A stretch of 45,482 bases of DNA from Spirochaetota bacterium (GTDB lineage: Bacteria; Spirochaetota; UBA4802; JAFGJZ01), in assembly GCA_035430785.1 (NCBI GenBank), contig DAOMHE010000001.1:1-45482 (forward strand), read 5' to 3'. The notes below the pieces were generated by a model. It saw only the letters and a program-made list of their open reading frames with translations, had not been told where the DNA came from and made no database searches. Below, piece by piece: positions 26,583 through 37,518 of the stretch. Position numbers and translations under genes: made by a program. Positions within the stretch are counted from its first letter, which is position 1. The number at the start of each line of letters is the position of its first letter.

Positions 26583-27938
26583 ATGTTAAATTCTGCTGAG
26601 AATCTCTGGGGAATGGTTTTAAATGACCTGCAATCCAATATTAACAAACAAACTTTTGATGCATGGTTTAAAGATACTTCTGTTATTCAATATTCTGATA
26701 ACATTTTGACAATAAAAGTTCAGGATGATGTTGCTCAGAGATATATAACAAATTCATATTCAAAAACTATTAATGAACTTCTGAAAAAGAATACAGGAAC
26801 AGATTATCTATGCAATTTCATTTACGATCTTAATAAAAATGTAATTGAAAATAAACAAGATATAGTTAAACCTGAGACGGAAGTCAGAAAAATGGATAAA
26901 GAAAACAGTTCAAGTATTGAACTTAACTCATATTATACTTTTGAAACTTTTGTAATCGGTGCAAATAATCAGTTTGCACACGCGGCCGCACTTAATGTAT
27001 CAAAAAATCCTGCAGGAGTATATAATCCACTTTTCCTTTATGGTAATTCAGGGGTTGGAAAAACTCATCTTCTTCAGGCAATCGGTCATCAAATACTAAA
27101 AGATAAGCCTTATTTAAAGGTTTTATACATTAAAACAGAACAATTTCTGAATGAATTTATTAATGCAATGAAAAATCAGTCAATGCATCAGTTCAAACTG
27201 AAGTTCAGATATGTGGATATTCTCCTTATTGACGATATTCAGTTTCTTTCTGACAAAATACAGCTTCAGGAAGAGTTTTTTCATACTTTTGATGAACTTC
27301 ATAACAAAAGAAAACAGATTGTTCTGACAAGTGACAGACCTCCGAAAGAAATATCTCATTTGACAGAAAGACTGAAGACAAGATTTTTAGGGGGTCTTCT
27401 TGCAGATATTCAAGTTCCTAATCTTGAAACCAGGGAAGCCATATTAAGAAGAAAAGCCGAAATTCTTGGAATTGACATTTCCGAAGAAGTTATAAACTAT
27501 ATTGCATCAAGAATTAAATCTAATATAAGATCTCTTGAAGCATCTCTTATTAATATTAATCACGTTGCTAACATTCTTCAGAATAAAAGAATAACAATAG
27601 AAATGGCTAAAACACATCTTAAGCCATTATTTGAAGAAAATCAGAATAAGCAGATAACCATAAGTGATATTCTTGAAAAAGTTGCGGCTAAATATGAAAC
27701 AACGCCGGAACTTATAATTTCAAAGAACAGACATAATAGTATAATTATGCCAAGATTTATTGCAATATACTTATCAACACAATTAACAAATTTAACAACA
27801 ATTGAAATAGGCAAAGAATTCGGAAAAAGGGATCATTCAACTGTTATTAACGCCAGAAAGAATATAGAATCGCTTCTAAAAGAAGATGATAACATACGTG
27901 AAATAATTGAGGAAATAAGATCGGAACTTAAAAGTTAA
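26583..27938 (+). CDS. dnaA: chromosomal replication initiator DnaA
   Basis: ATG at 26583 with a TAGGGG SD; the track start at 26508 adds a non-homologous extension. Walker A GNSGVGKTHLL, LLIDDIQFL, sensor/box VII region, C-terminal HTH with DHSTV. Confidence 0.95.
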   Translation: MLNSAENLWGMVLNDLQSNINKQTFDAWFKDTSVIQYSDNILTIKVQDDVAQRYITNSYSKTINELLKKNTGTDYLCNFIYDLNKNVIENKQDIVKPETEVRKMDKENSSSIELNSYYTFETFVIGANNQFAHAAALNVSKNPAGVYNPLFLYGNSGVGKTHLLQAIGHQILKDKPYLKVLYIKTEQFLNEFINAMKNQSMHQFKLKFRYVDILLIDDIQFLSDKIQLQEEFFHTFDELHNKRKQIVLTSDRPPKEISHLTERLKTRFLGGLLADIQVPNLETREAILRRKAEILGIDISEEVINYIASRIKSNIRSLEASLININHVANILQNKRITIEMAKTHLKPLFEENQNKQITISDILEKVAAKYETTPELIISKNRHNSIIMPRFIAIYLSTQLTNLTTIEIGKEFGKRDHSTVINARKNIESLLKEDDNIREIIEEIRSELKS

Positions 27939-28202
27939 TTAGTTGTTTATAACTGCTTAATAACATCATTTTTTGTGTTATTAAAACCTTTTTTTTGTTT
28001 TTTAAATTAGATATTTTGTTCATATTTTTTTCGGTTAAGATTTATCATTTTTATTTTTGAGTTAAATGAACTTTATAAACAAACTATAAAATTCATAAAG
28101 CCTGATAAAATGAAATATAGTTTTTATTATTAACTAATTAACAGCACCTACTACTATTGCTATTAATTATTAATAAAAAATATTAATATAGAGGTATTAG
28201 TA
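27939..28202. other. dnaA-dnaN intergenic region: candidate oriC / DNA-unwinding element
   Basis: 264 nt, extremely AT-rich with long T/A runs. This is a common oriC position. No canonical TTATCCACA box found by eye. Confidence 0.45.
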
Positions 28203-29324
28203 ATGAAAATTGAAATTGATAAAGATCAGCTTCTTAAAGCTGTTAATATTGCTGATTCAGTAATAAATATAAAAAATGTAAATTCCATATTATCAAATTG
28301 TCTTTTCAATGTATCAAAGGATTCTGTTGAAATTGTTTCTACAGATAATGAGATTGGATTAAAAACAACTATTGATTCAGTAACCGATGGAAATATATCT
28401 TTTACTACAAACGGTAAAATACTTAGTCAGGTTCTAAAAGAATTACCTAAAGGATCAGTTATTCTTGATATAGATGATACTTATTCTATTTCTATCAGAT
28501 CCAAGTCAAAGGAGATAAAGGGAAACCTTAAGCTAGTAGGAACTTCGAAAGGAGATTTTCCTGATATCAATTTTGAAATGAATGATAATGTAATTGAAAT
28601 AGATCAGGTTTTATTAAAAGACATGATTAGAAAAGTTATATTTGCGGCTTCTACAGATACTGTAAAACCTGTTTTTAACGGTTTGTTTTTTATTTTTGAA
28701 GAAAATAATAAAATGGCAGCTGTTGCTTCAGATTCCCGCCGTCTATCTTATATAAATACAAAAGTCTCTTCAACTATTGATTTTAAAGGCGGAGTAATAA
28801 TTCCTCTAAAAACTATAAATGAGGTTTATAAACTTCTTTCGAGCGGTTCATGCCGTTTAGGTATAATGGAAAATCAGTGTTTTTTCAAAATTGGAAATAC
28901 TGATATTATATCAAGAGTAATAGACGGACAGTTTCCAAATTATAAACAGGTTATGCCGAAAGATTTTATTTCATTTTCTGTATTGGATACAAAGAAGTTT
29001 ACTGAATCCTTAAAAAGGGTAATGATTCTTACAAAAGAACCTACATATAAAATTATTCTTAATTTTTCTAAAGATCAGCTTGTTATGGAATCTAAACTTC
29101 AGGATATAGGTGAAACTCAGGAAATTATTGATATTGAATATTCTGGAAACGATATTTCTTTGGGTATCAATTCTCAATATCTAATGGATTCAATAAGAGA
29201 GATTGATTCAATTTCATTCAAAATATCAATTACCGGAAATATGAGTCCCGTTACAATAACTCCTGAAAATTCGGCTGATTATGTTTCAGTAATAATGCCG
29301 ATTCAGATTAAACAAGCAGACTGA
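28203..29324 (+). CDS. dnaN: DNA polymerase III beta sliding clamp
   Basis: 373 aa, three-domain beta-clamp pattern, position after dnaA. AGAGGT SD. Confidence 0.95.
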   Translation: MKIEIDKDQLLKAVNIADSVINIKNVNSILSNCLFNVSKDSVEIVSTDNEIGLKTTIDSVTDGNISFTTNGKILSQVLKELPKGSVILDIDDTYSISIRSKSKEIKGNLKLVGTSKGDFPDINFEMNDNVIEIDQVLLKDMIRKVIFAASTDTVKPVFNGLFFIFEENNKMAAVASDSRRLSYINTKVSSTIDFKGGVIIPLKTINEVYKLLSSGSCRLGIMENQCFFKIGNTDIISRVIDGQFPNYKQVMPKDFISFSVLDTKKFTESLKRVMILTKEPTYKIILNFSKDQLVMESKLQDIGETQEIIDIEYSGNDISLGINSQYLMDSIREIDSISFKISITGNMSPVTITPENSADYVSVIMPIQIKQAD

Positions 29325-30418
29325 TGATATTAAGGGAAATTTTACTGAAAAATTTCCGTAATTATGAGAATCAAAAAGTAATATTTTCAGATTCTGTAAA
29401 TATTATTACAGGAAATAACGGAAGCGGAAAAACAAATATCATTGAAGCTATCTCTATTTTATCTGGATCTAAATCTTTTAGAAACTCAAAAGATAAAGAT
29501 ATAATTAAATGGGGCAGTGATTCTTATTTTTGCAAAGCTATTGTTGAAGAAGGAAATAGCTCAGCTTTTGAAAGCGGATGTATACTTAACGGTCAGAGTT
29601 TTGAAAAGAAAAGAAAAATTGACGGTATTTTATTATCTGCTTCAGAATTTTTCGGAAAGATTCTTACAGTTATTTTTTCTCCGGAAGATATATTAATCAT
29701 AGATTCTTCGCCTGAGATTAGACGTAAATATTTTGACGGAGTGATATCAAAGTTTGATGATTTATATCTTAAAAATCTCATGCAATATAAAAAAATATTG
29801 AAGTTTAGAAATTATATACTTAAATCCGGAAAAGATGAAAATACAATAAAAAAAGAATTATCAGTATGGAATGATGCATTTTCAGAAAAGGCAGTTTATA
29901 TTACTAATAAAAGACATGAATTTATAAAAGATTTTAACAGTGAATTTTCAGAAATTTACGATTTATTTTCATTTAATCATAATAATTCTTATTTTAAATT
30001 TAAATCCGATAATTTATCATTATCAAAGAATGATTTTTTACTTAAAGTTGAAAAATCAGTTAAAAGAGATTTGAACAGTTTTTCAACATCAATTGGTCCG
30101 CATAAGGATGATTTTATACTAAATTCTTTCGGAGATAGAACTTTTTCTGAATTTGCTTCTCAGGGACAGAAAAGAATTGCATCAGTTTCAATGAAATTTG
30201 CCGAGAAAAGAATTACTGAGAAGATAAGAAATGAAAAAGCTGTTATTTTAATTGATGATGTTTTTTCTGAACTTGATAAGGTAAGAAAAGAAAAATTTGT
30301 GGAAATGACAGCATTCACAAATCAGAGCATTTTTACAATAGCCGATACAAGAAATATTGATTTTTTCAGTTTGGAAAAAAAGATAATAAATATTGATAAG
30401 GGAATAGTTTTGCAATGA
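29324..30418 (+). CDS. recF: DNA replication and repair protein RecF
   Basis: Walker A GNNGSGKTNIIEAI, signature SQGQKR, Walker B ILIDDV. 1-nt TGATG overlap with dnaN. Confidence 0.9.
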   Translation: MILREILLKNFRNYENQKVIFSDSVNIITGNNGSGKTNIIEAISILSGSKSFRNSKDKDIIKWGSDSYFCKAIVEEGNSSAFESGCILNGQSFEKKRKIDGILLSASEFFGKILTVIFSPEDILIIDSSPEIRRKYFDGVISKFDDLYLKNLMQYKKILKFRNYILKSGKDENTIKKELSVWNDAFSEKAVYITNKRHEFIKDFNSEFSEIYDLFSFNHNNSYFKFKSDNLSLSKNDFLLKVEKSVKRDLNSFSTSIGPHKDDFILNSFGDRTFSEFASQGQKRIASVSMKFAEKRITEKIRNEKAVILIDDVFSELDKVRKEKFVEMTAFTNQSIFTIADTRNIDFFSLEKKIINIDKGIVLQ

Positions 30419-30729
30419 AATATGAAAGAAGAGAATCAGCTGCAGATTTTAGAACAATTCTTCCTGATTTGCTTGATAGACTTAATATTAAGAAAGAGTT
30501 TTCACTTGAAAAAATTACTGATGAATGGGGTCAAATAGTCGGAGAAATGCTGGCTGTTCATTCTTATCCTTCAAGAATAAATGATGATTGCCTGTATATA
30601 TATTCTGATCACAGCGTTTATTCAAATGAATTAATAATGCAGAAGGGTTATATTCTAAAAAAAATTAATACTCTTTATCTTAATAAAACAGTTAAGCAGA
30701 TACGAATTGAAACTTCAAGGAGAAGATGA
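30415..30729 (+). CDS. dciA: DUF721 / DciA-like protein
   Basis: 104 aa. W..IVGE.LA.HS.P....D..L.I..D.SV...EL is the typical DUF721 pattern. Sits in the conserved recF-gyrB slot. ATGA overlaps on both sides. Confidence 0.65.
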   Translation: MKYERRESAADFRTILPDLLDRLNIKKEFSLEKITDEWGQIVGEMLAVHSYPSRINDDCLYIYSDHSVYSNELIMQKGYILKKINTLYLNKTVKQIRIETSRRR

Positions 30730-30974
30730 TGTTTTTACACATAGGAAACCGAGAAATAGTTTCATTAAAAAATATAGTAGGTATTTTTAATGCTGACACT
30801 TTAATTAAAAGCGAGATAAACGGAGATTATCTTGATGAAATAAAAAATGATACAAAATCTATTATTATTGACAAACATGATGAAGTTACAGTAAGCAAAT
30901 TAAGTTCCTACACATTGATTGGAAGATTAGAAAAAAGAAATTTAAGTGATATTAAGGGTGGAGACATAATATGA
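30726..30974 (+). CDS. DUF370 (RemB/YaaB-like) small protein
   Basis: 82 aa. [21 protein letters not shown]...[12 protein letters not shown] resembles the Bacillus YaaB/RemB family, which also sits between recF and gyrB. Confidence 0.55.
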   Translation: MMFLHIGNREIVSLKNIVGIFNADTLIKSEINGDYLDEIKNDTKSIIIDKHDEVTVSKLSSYTLIGRLEKRNLSDIKGGDII

Positions 30975-32869
30975 GTAATGAATATGGTGCAAGTAATATA
31001 CAGGTTTTAGAGGGTCTTGAAGCAGTAAGAAAAAGACCGGCTATGTATATTGGTTCAACGGATATAAACGGTCTTCATCATCTTGTTTATGAGATTGTTG
31101 ATAACTCAATAGATGAAGCTCTTGCCGGACATTGTGATACAATTAACGTATTTATAACTGAAGATAATTCCATAATTGTTGAGGATAACGGCCGAGGTAT
31201 TCCTGTTGAACCGCATCCAGTTTATAAGAAAAGTGCAATGGAAATTGTTTTAACAAAACTTCATGCCGGCGGAAAGTTTGATAATGAAAGTTATAAAGTT
31301 TCAGGCGGACTTCACGGAGTAGGGGTTTCGGTTGTAAATGCTCTTTCAGAAAAAACACATGTCCTTGTAAGTAAAAATGGTAAAAAATATGAACAGGAAT
31401 ATGAAAGAGGTATTCCTAAATATGATGTTAGAGAGTGCGGAAAAAGTACAAAGAACGGAACAGTAGTTACTTTCAAACCTGACGCAAAGATATTTGAGGA
31501 AACTGTTTATCAATTTGATATACTTGCTAAAAGATTTAGAGAACTGGCTTTTTTAAATGCCGGAATAACAATCAATTTCAAGGATTTGAGAGGAAAGGGC
31601 AAGGAGGCAGTTTTTTATTTTAAAGGAGGTCTTTCTTCATTTATTGAATTTCTAACTGAGTCAAAAAGTCCAATAAACAAAAAGCCCATATATTTCCATA
31701 CACAGAAAGATAATATAGATATTGAAATAGCTATTTCTTACATTGATTCTTACAATGAAATAGTTTATACATATGCTAACAATATTAATACAAGAGAAGG
31801 CGGAACACATCTTGTAGGTTTTAAATCCGCTCTTACGCGAGTGTTAAATGAATCCCTTAAAAAAGAAAAGTATGACAAAAAAATACAGCAGCTTTCCGGA
31901 GATGATGTTAGGGAAGGTTTGGTAGGAATCATAAGCGTAAAAATTCCGAATCCTCAGTTTGAAGGGCAGACAAAAATGAAGCTCGGGAATAATGAGGTAA
32001 AAGGAATTGTTGAGTCTGCGACAAATGAACATCTTTCTCTTTATTTTGATGAAAATCCGCAGGTTGTCAGAAAAATTCTTGATAAGTGTATTGTTAGTGC
32101 TCAGGCAAGAATAGCCGCAAAAAAAGCTAAAGACTTAACACGCAGAAAAAACGCACTTGAACATGACGCACTTCCGGGTAAACTTTCAGATTGTTCGGAA
32201 AAGGATCCTTCGAAATGTGAAATATATCTTGTAGAGGGAGATTCTGCGGGCGGTTCGGCTAAAAGCGGAAGAGACAGACGTTTTCAAGCAATTCTTCCGT
32301 TGAAAGGAAAAATTCTTAATGTTGAAAAAGCACGTTTGGATAAAATTCTTTCGAATGATGAAATACGTACTCTTATTACAGCGATGGGCACGGGAATAGG
32401 TGAAGAGCAGTTTGATATTTCAAAGGCAAGATATCATAAACTGATCATTATGACGGATGCCGACGTAGACGGATCTCATATCAGAACCCTGCTGCTGACA
32501 TTCTTTTTCAGATATATGCCGGAGCTTATCCGTCAGGGATATCTTTATATCGCACAGCCGCCTCTATACAGTGTTAAATATCAGCAGAAAATTACTTATG
32601 CATATTCTGATGATGAAAAAGACGGACTGGTTAAAGGCCTTCCGGAAGGTAAATATATTATCCAGAGATATAAAGGTCTTGGAGAGATGAATCCTGATCA
32701 GCTTTGGGAAACAACAATGAATCCGGAAAACAGAACTCTTTTAAAAGTTAATATGGATGATGAAATAAGTGCGGAAGGTGTTTTTTCCGTATTAATGGGA
32801 GATGATGTAGAACCAAGAAGAAAGTTCATTGAAGATAATGCAAAAAATGTTATTAATCTGGATCTTTGA
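30971..32869 (+). CDS. gyrB: DNA gyrase subunit B
   Basis: GHKL ATPase motifs ([15 protein letters not shown]), Toprim EGDSAGG and [19 protein letters not shown]. Confidence 0.97.
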   Translation: MSNEYGASNIQVLEGLEAVRKRPAMYIGSTDINGLHHLVYEIVDNSIDEALAGHCDTINVFITEDNSIIVEDNGRGIPVEPHPVYKKSAMEIVLTKLHAGGKFDNESYKVSGGLHGVGVSVVNALSEKTHVLVSKNGKKYEQEYERGIPKYDVRECGKSTKNGTVVTFKPDAKIFEETVYQFDILAKRFRELAFLNAGITINFKDLRGKGKEAVFYFKGGLSSFIEFLTESKSPINKKPIYFHTQKDNIDIEIAISYIDSYNEIVYTYANNINTREGGTHLVGFKSALTRVLNESLKKEKYDKKIQQLSGDDVREGLVGIISVKIPNPQFEGQTKMKLGNNEVKGIVESATNEHLSLYFDENPQVVRKILDKCIVSAQARIAAKKAKDLTRRKNALEHDALPGKLSDCSEKDPSKCEIYLVEGDSAGGSAKSGRDRRFQAILPLKGKILNVEKARLDKILSNDEIRTLITAMGTGIGEEQFDISKARYHKLIIMTDADVDGSHIRTLLLTFFFRYMPELIRQGYLYIAQPPLYSVKYQQKITYAYSDDEKDGLVKGLPEGKYIIQRYKGLGEMNPDQLWETTMNPENRTLLKVNMDDEISAEGVFSVLMGDDVEPRRKFIEDNAKNVINLDL

Positions 32870-32893
32870 TAAAAACGTAACAGGAGCATAAAA

Positions 32894-35377
32894 TTGGCTA
32901 AGAAGGATGATGAGAAGCAGGAACTTCTTATAAAAGAAAATCATGGAAAGATAAGTATTGTTGAAATAGAAGATCAGATGAAAGATTCTTATCTTGCCTA
33001 TTCAATGAGTGTTATTGTCGGAAGAGCTCTTCCGGATGTTCGTGACGGTTTAAAACCGGTTCACAGAAGAATTTTGCATGCTATGAACGAAAGGGCATGG
33101 AGACATGACAGACCATATGTAAAATGCGCTAAGATTGTCGGTGAAGTAATAGGTAACTTTCATCCTCATGGAGATGCTGCAGTATATGAAACTATGGTCC
33201 GTATGGCTCAGGATTTTTCAATGAATGTTCCTTTGATTGACGGTCAGGGAAATTTCGGTTCAGTAGACGGAGACCCTGCTGCAGCATACAGATATACAGA
33301 AGCGCGTCTAGAAAAAGTTGCTGAGGAATTGTTAAAAGATATCGACAAGGAAACTGTTGATCTTGTGGATAACTTTGACGGAACAAGACGAGAGCCGACT
33401 GTTCTTCCTGCAGCTTTCCCTAATCTTCTTGTTAACGGATCATCTGGTATTGCTGTTGGTATGGCTACTAACATTCCGCCTCATAATCTGCATGAAGTTA
33501 TTGATGCATGTACGGCATTGATTGATGAGCCTGAACTTTCTTCAAAAGCTCTTATCAAATATGTTAAAGGTCCTGATTTTCCTACTGGCGGTATAATAAT
33601 CGGAACCGAAGGAATCCATAAGGCTTTTCTTACCGGTAGAGGAAGTATTACTGTAAGAGCAAAACTGGAGATTGAAGAAGATAAAAAGGGAAAAGAGTAT
33701 ATAATTGTTTCTGAAATACCTTACCAGGTAAATAAAGCACAGCTAATTGCAAAAATTGCAGACCTTGTAAATTCAAAAGTAATTGAAGGGATAGGTGAGC
33801 TTCGCGATGAATCCGACAGAACAGGAATGCGTATTGTAATAGGAATAAAAAGAGATGCATCTTCAAATATTATTCTGAATCTTCTTTATAAGCATACTGC
33901 TCTTCAGTCGTCTTTTGGAATTATCCAGCTTGCACTTGTAAATAATGAACCAAAAGTTTTGGATCTGAAAGGAATTCTTTCAAACTATATACTGCATAGA
34001 AAAGAAGTCGTTTATAAAAGAACTCAGTATGAACTTCGAAAAGCTGAAGAAAGAGCTCATATTTTAGAAGGACTGAAAATAGCTCTTGATAATATAGATG
34101 AAGTCATTGCTATTATAAGAGGATCAAAGACTGTTGATGAAGCTGATAATAAACTTCAAAAAAGATTTAAGCTCTCTGAACGTCAGTCAAAAGCTATTCT
34201 TGATATGCGTCTTCAGAGATTAACAAGTCTTGAGATTAAAAAAATTGAAGAAGAATTGAGAGAGCTTCATAAACTTATCGCAGAATTGAAATCGATACTT
34301 GCAAGTGATAAAAAAGTTCTTGGAATTGTTAAAAAAGAACTAATTGATATTAAAGAAAGATATCCTTCAAAAAGAAAAACTGAAATTACTATAACAGGAG
34401 AAGTTTCAACTGATTTTGATTTAACAGATCTAATTGCTGATGAAGATGTAATGGTTTCAATTACAAACGACGGATTTATCCGCCGTCTGCCTCTTGACTC
34501 TTTTAAAAAACAACGACGCGGCGGAAAAGGCGTTTCCGGAATGAGTTCTTCAAAAAAAGAAGATTTTGTTAAGCTGATGAAAATTACGGCTATGCATGAT
34601 ACCATGCTTCTTTTTTCAAACAAAGGTAAAGTCTTTGCCATGAAAACTCATGAAGTACCGCAGGCTTCAAAGACCACAAGAGGAAAATCTCTTAAAGGTT
34701 TAATCAATCTAGCAACTGGAGAAAATATAACAGCTATTTGTCCTGTTGAAGATTTTGATGCCGAAAAATATATGTGTATGGCTACTAAGCAGGGTATTTT
34801 GAAAAAGATAACTGTGTCTGAGTTTAAAAACGTTAAGAAAAACGGAATAATAGCTATCGGTTTGAAAAAAGAAGATGAACTTGTTAATGTCGTTGAATGT
34901 ACTACAAATGATGATATTGTAATAGGTTCTAAGTTCGGAAGTCTTTTAAGAACAAATCTTTCAAAAATGCGTCCTATGGGAAGAGGTGCTGCCGGAATCA
35001 TAGGAATGCGTCTTGAGGAAGAAGATCAAATAATAGGTGTTGATACCGTAAAACCGGAATCTTCTCTTTTCGTGATAAGTGAAAAAGGTTTCGGAAAAAG
35101 GATTGAGTATAAGAACTTTCAGACAAAAGGACGCGGCGGAAAAGGAATGACTTTTCTAAAACCGAGTGATAAAAATGGAAATGCAGCAGCAATCAGTTCT
35201 GTTTTTGACGATGATGAGCTTATCATAATGTCAAAAGAAGGAATGACCATCCGTCTGATTGCAAAAGATATTCCTTTGCAGGGCAGACCTGCGGTAGGAG
35301 TAAGAATTTTGCATACAAAGGACAATGATACTGTTTCTGATTTTGCGATTGTAAATGAGGAAATGCCCGAAGAATAG
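32894..35377 (+). CDS. gyrA: DNA gyrase subunit A
   Basis: [21 protein letters not shown], active-site AAYRYTE, C-terminal beta-pinwheel repeats. TTG start with an AGGAG SD 7 nt upstream. Confidence 0.97.
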   Translation: MAKKDDEKQELLIKENHGKISIVEIEDQMKDSYLAYSMSVIVGRALPDVRDGLKPVHRRILHAMNERAWRHDRPYVKCAKIVGEVIGNFHPHGDAAVYETMVRMAQDFSMNVPLIDGQGNFGSVDGDPAAAYRYTEARLEKVAEELLKDIDKETVDLVDNFDGTRREPTVLPAAFPNLLVNGSSGIAVGMATNIPPHNLHEVIDACTALIDEPELSSKALIKYVKGPDFPTGGIIIGTEGIHKAFLTGRGSITVRAKLEIEEDKKGKEYIIVSEIPYQVNKAQLIAKIADLVNSKVIEGIGELRDESDRTGMRIVIGIKRDASSNIILNLLYKHTALQSSFGIIQLALVNNEPKVLDLKGILSNYILHRKEVVYKRTQYELRKAEERAHILEGLKIALDNIDEVIAIIRGSKTVDEADNKLQKRFKLSERQSKAILDMRLQRLTSLEIKKIEEELRELHKLIAELKSILASDKKVLGIVKKELIDIKERYPSKRKTEITITGEVSTDFDLTDLIADEDVMVSITNDGFIRRLPLDSFKKQRRGGKGVSGMSSSKKEDFVKLMKITAMHDTMLLFSNKGKVFAMKTHEVPQASKTTRGKSLKGLINLATGENITAICPVEDFDAEKYMCMATKQGILKKITVSEFKNVKKNGIIAIGLKKEDELVNVVECTTNDDIVIGSKFGSLLRTNLSKMRPMGRGAAGIIGMRLEEEDQIIGVDTVKPESSLFVISEKGFGKRIEYKNFQTKGRGGKGMTFLKPSDKNGNAAAISSVFDDDELIIMSKEGMTIRLIAKDIPLQGRPAVGVRILHTKDNDTVSDFAIVNEEMPEE

Positions 35378-35382
35378 TAAAA

Positions 35383-35425
35383 TTACAGAATAAAACAGAA
35401 TCTTAAATTCTGTTTTATTCTGTAA
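35383..35425 (+). terminator. perfect 19-bp inverted repeat, 5-nt loop (gyrA terminator candidate)
   Basis: TTACAGAATAAAACAGAAT-CTTAA-ATTCTGTTTTATTCTGTAA, starting 6 nt after the gyrA stop. AT-rich stem, no clean T-tract. Confidence 0.55.
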
Positions 35426-35457
35426 TAAAATGAAGAAATAACCGATAAATTAGTATT

Positions 35458-36534
35458 ATGAAAAAAAGTTTTTTATTTTTATCAATATTATTTATTTCCG
35501 GAATTATTTATCCAAGTCTGACGGGTATCGAGAAGATTAATAATGAAAATTTTAACTTAATACAATCAGATATTCTTTCAGAATTAATGTTAAAATACGG
35601 TTATGAAGAAAGTCCGAAATTTAAGGCATATCTGATTTGTGCTGAATCCGGTGAAAATTCTCATATTGAAAAAGAATACCGCTTTGATTATAAAGGAACA
35701 GCAAATGATACATCTTATTGGCCGGCATCTACAGTTAAATTATTTGCTTCAGTTGCCGCTTTAAAAAAAGCACAAACATTAAAAATATCTCCAAAAGAAA
35801 AAATATATTTTAAAATTAAGAAAAGAACTTATTCTGATACTCTGGAAAATCTGATAAACGAATCCATTATTAATAGTGATAATATTTCTTACAATTTTTT
35901 AGTTCAATTTTCGGGATTTGATTATTTGAATAGAAATTTTTTGTGGAATGAAAACGGTTTCAGGAAAACGATGCTTTTTAAAGCATATGGTCTCAGCGAA
36001 TGGAAAAGAAGAATGCGCGCTCCCGTTTCTTTTACAGAAATGATTCCAGTTTATGTACAAAGAGATAAGAAATATTATGTCAGAAAAAAAGTAACTTATT
36101 CCAGCCTTAAGGTTAATAAAAAAAGGTATTCTCAAACAAGTCTTTATGATGTTGGAGAATGCATGCATAGATTTATTTTTCAGAATGATCTTTCGCAAGA
36201 TGAGTGCTATAATATAAAGGAAGATTATAGAAATATTCTAACAAATGCGTTATCTGAAGATAAACTTACATTTAATGAAACAGTAAAAATATTTAAAGAA
36301 GAATTCGGTAAGGATTTTGAATTTTATAATAAACCTGGATTCGGTAACGGATGGTATTCAGAGGTAATCTATTTCAAAGATCCTTTTTACGGAAGACACT
36401 GGGTTCTGTCTTTAGCTGATTATTCCGGTGCGGATTCCTTAAAAGATGAATTATCAATTATTGCAAAAATAATAAAAAACAATGATCTGTTTGAGAATAA
36501 AACTTTATTTACCAAAAACATCAAAGATAAATAA
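35458..36534 (+). CDS. secreted class-A beta-lactamase-like serine hydrolase
   Basis: Signal peptide. S91-T-V-K (SxxK), S140-D-N and K292-P-G (KTG-like) occur in class-A order, with extra length between SDN and KPG. Confidence 0.6.
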   Translation: MKKSFLFLSILFISGIIYPSLTGIEKINNENFNLIQSDILSELMLKYGYEESPKFKAYLICAESGENSHIEKEYRFDYKGTANDTSYWPASTVKLFASVAALKKAQTLKISPKEKIYFKIKKRTYSDTLENLINESIINSDNISYNFLVQFSGFDYLNRNFLWNENGFRKTMLFKAYGLSEWKRRMRAPVSFTEMIPVYVQRDKKYYVRKKVTYSSLKVNKKRYSQTSLYDVGECMHRFIFQNDLSQDECYNIKEDYRNILTNALSEDKLTFNETVKIFKEEFGKDFEFYNKPGFGNGWYSEVIYFKDPFYGRHWVLSLADYSGADSLKDELSIIAKIIKNNDLFENKTLFTKNIKDK

Positions 36535-36612
36535 TTCCTTGTATATTAAATAGTATTTTGAAATTGACAATTAATGATTTGAATTGATTTTTGAACCACG
36601 AGGATGAAATAT

Positions 36613-37518
36613 ATGTTAAAGAGATTTTTTACTGCATTACTTCTTCTGTTTTTTATTTCCTGCGGAAACAATAGTTCTGATTCAAAAGAGGAAATAACAG
36701 ATAATAAAAATTCCGTTTCTGATTCATCAAAAAATGACGGAAGATCACAGTTTACCTGGGAGCAGATTAGCAAACTTATAGAAAGTGATAAAGCGAATAA
36801 TATAAGAAATTTCGAGTGTACTAAGGAAGATTGGGAAACAGCAATTAAAAATTATAACGATACTGTAATTGCTACCTTAAAAACCAGAAAATACGCTACA
36901 CCAGAATTGATAGAGGCGATGTCAATTGTTCCGCGTCCTTTCTTTGCTTATAATTATGAAAAAAATGAAAGCAGAATGATGCAGACAAATGATTTCAATG
37001 TTATTCTTGATTTAGGCTGGGGTTCTACTATGTCTGCTCCGAGTATTCAGGGCTTTATGACTGCGAATCTTAATCCGAAAAAAGATGAAGTCGCTCTAGA
37101 AATCGGTACCGGTTCAGGGATTCAGTCAGCAATCCTTTCACGTCTTGTAAAAAAAGTTTATAGTATAGAAATCAGAGAAAAACTTGCAGAAAGAGTAAAT
37201 CATACTTTAAAAGCAGTCGGCTATGATAATATTGAAACGAAAACCGGTGACGGATATTATGGTTGGGAAGAAAAAGGTCCTTTCGATATTATTATTGTAA
37301 CCTGCCAGGCAAATCATATTCCGCCTGAATTGATAAAACAGCTAAAACCTACCGGTAGAATGGTTATTCCTGTTGGTCCTGCATGGTCAAGAAATCAGCA
37401 GATGCTTAAAGTATGGAAAGATCCTGAAACAGGAAAAGTTGTTTCACAGAGACTTTTAGCAAGTACTTTGTTTATTCCTATGCTGGGAGCTAATGAGGGG
37501 AAAAAGGATAAAAAATGA
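36613..37518 (+). CDS. pcm: protein-L-isoaspartate O-methyltransferase domain protein with lipoprotein signal
   Basis: GAGGA SD 8 nt before the ATG at 36613; the track start at 36604 overlaps the SD. MLKRFFTALLLLFFISC lipobox, then an S/D/N-rich tether. PIMT motifs STMSAP, LEIGTGSGIQSAIL, GDGYYGW, PFDIIIVT, GRMVIPVG. Confidence 0.8.
   Translation: MLKRFFTALLLLFFISCGNNSSDSKEEITDNKNSVSDSSKNDGRSQFTWEQISKLIESDKANNIRNFECTKEDWETAIKNYNDTVIATLKTRKYATPELIEAMSIVPRPFFAYNYEKNESRMMQTNDFNVILDLGWGSTMSAPSIQGFMTANLNPKKDEVALEIGTGSGIQSAILSRLVKKVYSIEIREKLAERVNHTLKAVGYDNIETKTGDGYYGWEEKGPFDIIIVTCQANHIPPELIKQLKPTGRMVIPVGPAWSRNQQMLKVWKDPETGKVVSQRLLASTLFIPMLGANEGKKDKK

Noticed and set aside
26982-26996. GC-rich palindrome GCGGCCGC within dnaA, notable in an AT-rich genome.
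   Set aside because: It encodes the conserved HAAA segment of DnaA. It is a single 8-mer with no partner or repeat.
33192-35325. Series of 64-124-aa minus-strand ORFs inside gyrA (33192-33386, 33244-33474, 33648-33866, 34267-34641, 34648-35001, 34998-35192, 35119-35325).
   Set aside because: All lie antisense within an unambiguous, motif-rich gyrA frame. Their products are low-complexity with no start signals. They are typical shadow ORFs.
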